A stretch of 63,473 nt of DNA, counting the filler. It is 7 parts of 7 records of this genome, joined end to end, with 100 filler letters (N's around TTAATTAATTAA, not from the genome) between each part and the next. Parts side by side here need not be neighbours in the genome. Positions count along the whole stretch, not along the records: positions 56,822 to 63,473 come from DRR723986_48985; 6 more parts are not named here. One strand, given 5' to 3'. The position numbers and the translations under genes are program-made. Positions 61,465-63,473 of the stretch are shown in pieces (position 1 is the stretch's first letter; each line of letters starts with the position of its first letter). A model generated the notes under the pieces. The model saw only the letters and a list, made by a program, of their open reading frames with translations. It was not told the origin of the DNA and ran no database searches.

Positions 61465-62343
61465 TTAGAATTCGCTTTTGAAAGGTAAATAGCCTTGGCA
61501 GGCAGTTTTTACTAAAAAGACATCGCCGCTCATCGGAAATTTCTTCAATTGTTCTGAGCTCATATTCTCCTGGGCAGTTGTGATCAAAAGCGTATCAAGG
61601 TTTTCTCCACCAAAGCAACAAGAAGTAACGTGCGGTACAGGGAGTTCGATTTTATCTAGCAATTCACCGTTTTTTGGATTCCATCTATAAACTCCCGATC
61701 CTCCATAATGTGCCACCCAAAGCATTCCGTCCCGGTCGATGCACATGCCATCAGGAAATCCCAATTCCTCTGGAATATCGACAGCAATCTTTTCAAATTC
61801 TATTTCGCCAGTTTCAAGATCAAAGTGAAAGGCTTTGATTTGCCGAGTAGGTGTATCGATAAAGTAAAAAGTTTGATTGTCTTCTGTCCAAGCCATTCCG
61901 TTGGAAATAGTCAGATTTGATAGTTTCTTTTTTGGTTCTAAATCCCGATTGATACAATAAAGCGAGCCTGCTCCCATTGTGAATTTGGTGCTCAAAGTTC
62001 CTATCCAAATTCTTCCTTTAGGATCCACTTTTCCATCATTGAAGCGATGCAAGGTATAATCTGATTCCACTTCGCATAGCCAGGATAGTTCTTCCGTTTC
62101 CAAATCAAACTTTGCAATCTTTCGATCTAAACCTAAGATTAAACTTCCGTCTTCTGATTCTAAAACCACAGCCAAACGATGTGGGAAACTTCGCGTTTTC
62201 GTCTCCCCAGTCTTGAGATGATGTTCGAATAGCTTTCCGTTTTCAATATCCACCCAGAAAAAACTTTGTCTTCCTGCATGCCAATAAGGTCCTTCGCCTA
62301 GGAAGCATTGAGAGGGGATGGAGGTGTAGTTGTAGGTATTCAA
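61465..62343 (-). CDS. SMP-30/gluconolactonase/LRE family protein
   Basis: LGEGPYW, RFNDGKVD, ISNGMAW, PDGMCID, VTSCCFGG; TTG start at 62343 inferred. Confidence 0.9.
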   Translation of the reverse strand: MNTYNYTSIPSQCFLGEGPYWHAGRQSFFWVDIENGKLFEHHLKTGETKTRSFPHRLAVVLESEDGSLILGLDRKIAKFDLETEELSWLCEVESDYTLHRFNDGKVDPKGRIWIGTLSTKFTMGAGSLYCINRDLEPKKKLSNLTISNGMAWTEDNQTFYFIDTPTRQIKAFHFDLETGEIEFEKIAVDIPEELGFPDGMCIDRDGMLWVAHYGGSGVYRWNPKNGELLDKIELPVPHVTSCCFGGENLDTLLITTAQENMSSEQLKKFPMSGDVFLVKTACQGYLPFKSEF

Positions 62344-62378
62344 GGTTGTTTCGATTAAATGTTTTATAAATCTTCGAG

Positions 62379-62412
62379 GAAATTTCTCAGTCCTTCCTCC
62401 TTCGAAGTGACA
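62379..62412 (-). repeat. REP-like intergenic element
   Basis: TGTCACTTCGAAGGAGGAAGGACTGAGAAATTTC resembles a Bacteroidota intergenic repeat as recalled; single copy here. Confidence 0.4.
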
Positions 62413-62434
62413 CCTCAAAAGTTAAAAAGAGGGC

Positions 62435-62469
62435 CGTAAATCGTAAATCCGATATCATAAATCTTAAAT
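62435..62469. repeat. Degenerate heptamer tandem repeat (5 units)
   Basis: CGTAAAT CGTAAAT CCGATAT CATAAAT CTTAAAT. Confidence 0.65.
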
Positions 62470-63356
62470 CAATTGTGCCAATACTGAGCAATTTTCTTTT
62501 TCAAAAATGCCACAGATCGCTGTAGTTGATCCATGCCATCGACCCCATCTTCTATGCTGATCCAATTGTCAAAACCTACCCGTTTCAACTCGGTGAAAAT
62601 GGCATCGTAATCATTTAAGCCTTTGCCAACTTCCCCATGACTCAGTCTCGCAGCATAGCCAGTCACGCCACTTTCTTCATTGTTCAAATCTTCAATAGTT
62701 CCATACTTCAAAAACCGATCGCTGGCATGCATGGTGACTACTCGCTCCGAAACCTCATACAGTAAATCGAGGGGATCTTCACCTGCTAAGAAAGCATTGC
62801 TTGGATCGTAGTTCACCCCGAAATTCGTATGCTTGATGCTATTGACCAACTTGGTGAAAAGGGCTCTTTTCTGCGCAAACTCTGGATAATCCCAAAAGTC
62901 ATCTTTATAGTGATTCTCCAATATCAGCGTGATTCCAAGGGACTTGGCATAAGGTAAACAGGATTGAATTGACTCAACAGCATATTTTATTCCCTCATCT
63001 TCCGTGAGTTCAGGCCTATATTGCCCAGATAGTACGCGGCAGTATTTTCCTCCTAGTTCATCCGTCATATCTATCCAACGCTTCTGTTTTTGAATTTCTC
63101 TGTCCCGAAAAGCTTTGTCAGGATGAGTGAAATCCGGGGAACAGCACATCATGGGAATCACCATTCCCTTGTCTTCCACCATTCTTCGAAATACGCGCCA
63201 GTTGTCTTCTTTTTCCATTTCCAGAAAACCTGCATACCACTCCAATCCATCAATTTCTAGTGCTGCGGAAAGTTCTATCCACTCCGACAATTTCATACTT
63301 CCATCTTTGCAGAGTGCTTGCATGAAAGCTTTTGGGAAGGCGGCAATTTTGGGCAT
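62469..63356 (-). CDS. Sugar phosphate isomerase/epimerase family protein
   Basis: CCSPDFTHPD, CRVLSGQ, LENHYKD, NYDPSN, HASDR, WISIEDG. Confidence 0.87.
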   Translation of the reverse strand: MPKIAAFPKAFMQALCKDGSMKLSEWIELSAALEIDGLEWYAGFLEMEKEDNWRVFRRMVEDKGMVIPMMCCSPDFTHPDKAFRDREIQKQKRWIDMTDELGGKYCRVLSGQYRPELTEDEGIKYAVESIQSCLPYAKSLGITLILENHYKDDFWDYPEFAQKRALFTKLVNSIKHTNFGVNYDPSNAFLAGEDPLDLLYEVSERVVTMHASDRFLKYGTIEDLNNEESGVTGYAARLSHGEVGKGLNDYDAIFTELKRVGFDNWISIEDGVDGMDQLQRSVAFLKKKIAQYWHN

Positions 63357-63445
63357 TGTGTACTGTTGTTGAAGTTTGTTTTTATTGGTATTTATTAAAA
63401 ACCTAAAGCAAAGAAGTTGCTGTTAAACTCTTGAGTTTAGGGGCT

Positions 63446-63473
63446 TCGGTCATCCGTCTTCGGTCTTCCAGCC
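63446..63473. repeat. Degenerate heptamer tandem repeat (at least 4 units, cut by window end)
   Basis: TCGGTCA TCCGTCT TCGGTCT TCCAGCC. Confidence 0.5.

Overview
This is not one locus. It is seven unrelated contigs joined by artificial 100-nt spacers (N44-TTAATTAATTAA-N44) at 7918, 26847, 35970, 43416, 51161 and 56722. (1) 1-7917: high-GC alphaproteobacterium (ftsK end, lolA, stand-alone ATP-grasp, LLM oxidoreductase, PepSY/cytochrome b/LuxR, sulfatase). (2) 8018-26846: Flavobacteriaceae housekeeping region (rbfA, dusB, lepA, peptidases). (3) 26947-35969: alphaproteobacterial accessory island with a pile-up of IS3, IS21, IS6, IS256 and IS110 remnants, followed by a sulfotransferase and four translationally coupled, divergent adenylate-forming (ANL) paralogues with graded loss of catalytic motifs. 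(4) 36070-43415: alphaproteobacterial nuoMN-birA-coaX-rnj-mce-proS. (5) 43516-51160: proteobacterial glcB end followed by a co-oriented accessory array with integron attC sites and no integrase in view. (6) 51261-56721: Flavobacteriaceae asnS-rpoN and exbBD. (7) 56822-63473: Bacteroidota sugar genes. The best candidates for new biology are the sulfotransferase + four-ANL operon, an IS1111-type non-coding end whose putative guide segments match its own end and an adjacent IS6-like terminal repeat, and the attC cassette array with unknown cargo. All family assignments and taxonomic labels come from motif recognition by eye; no database searches were run.
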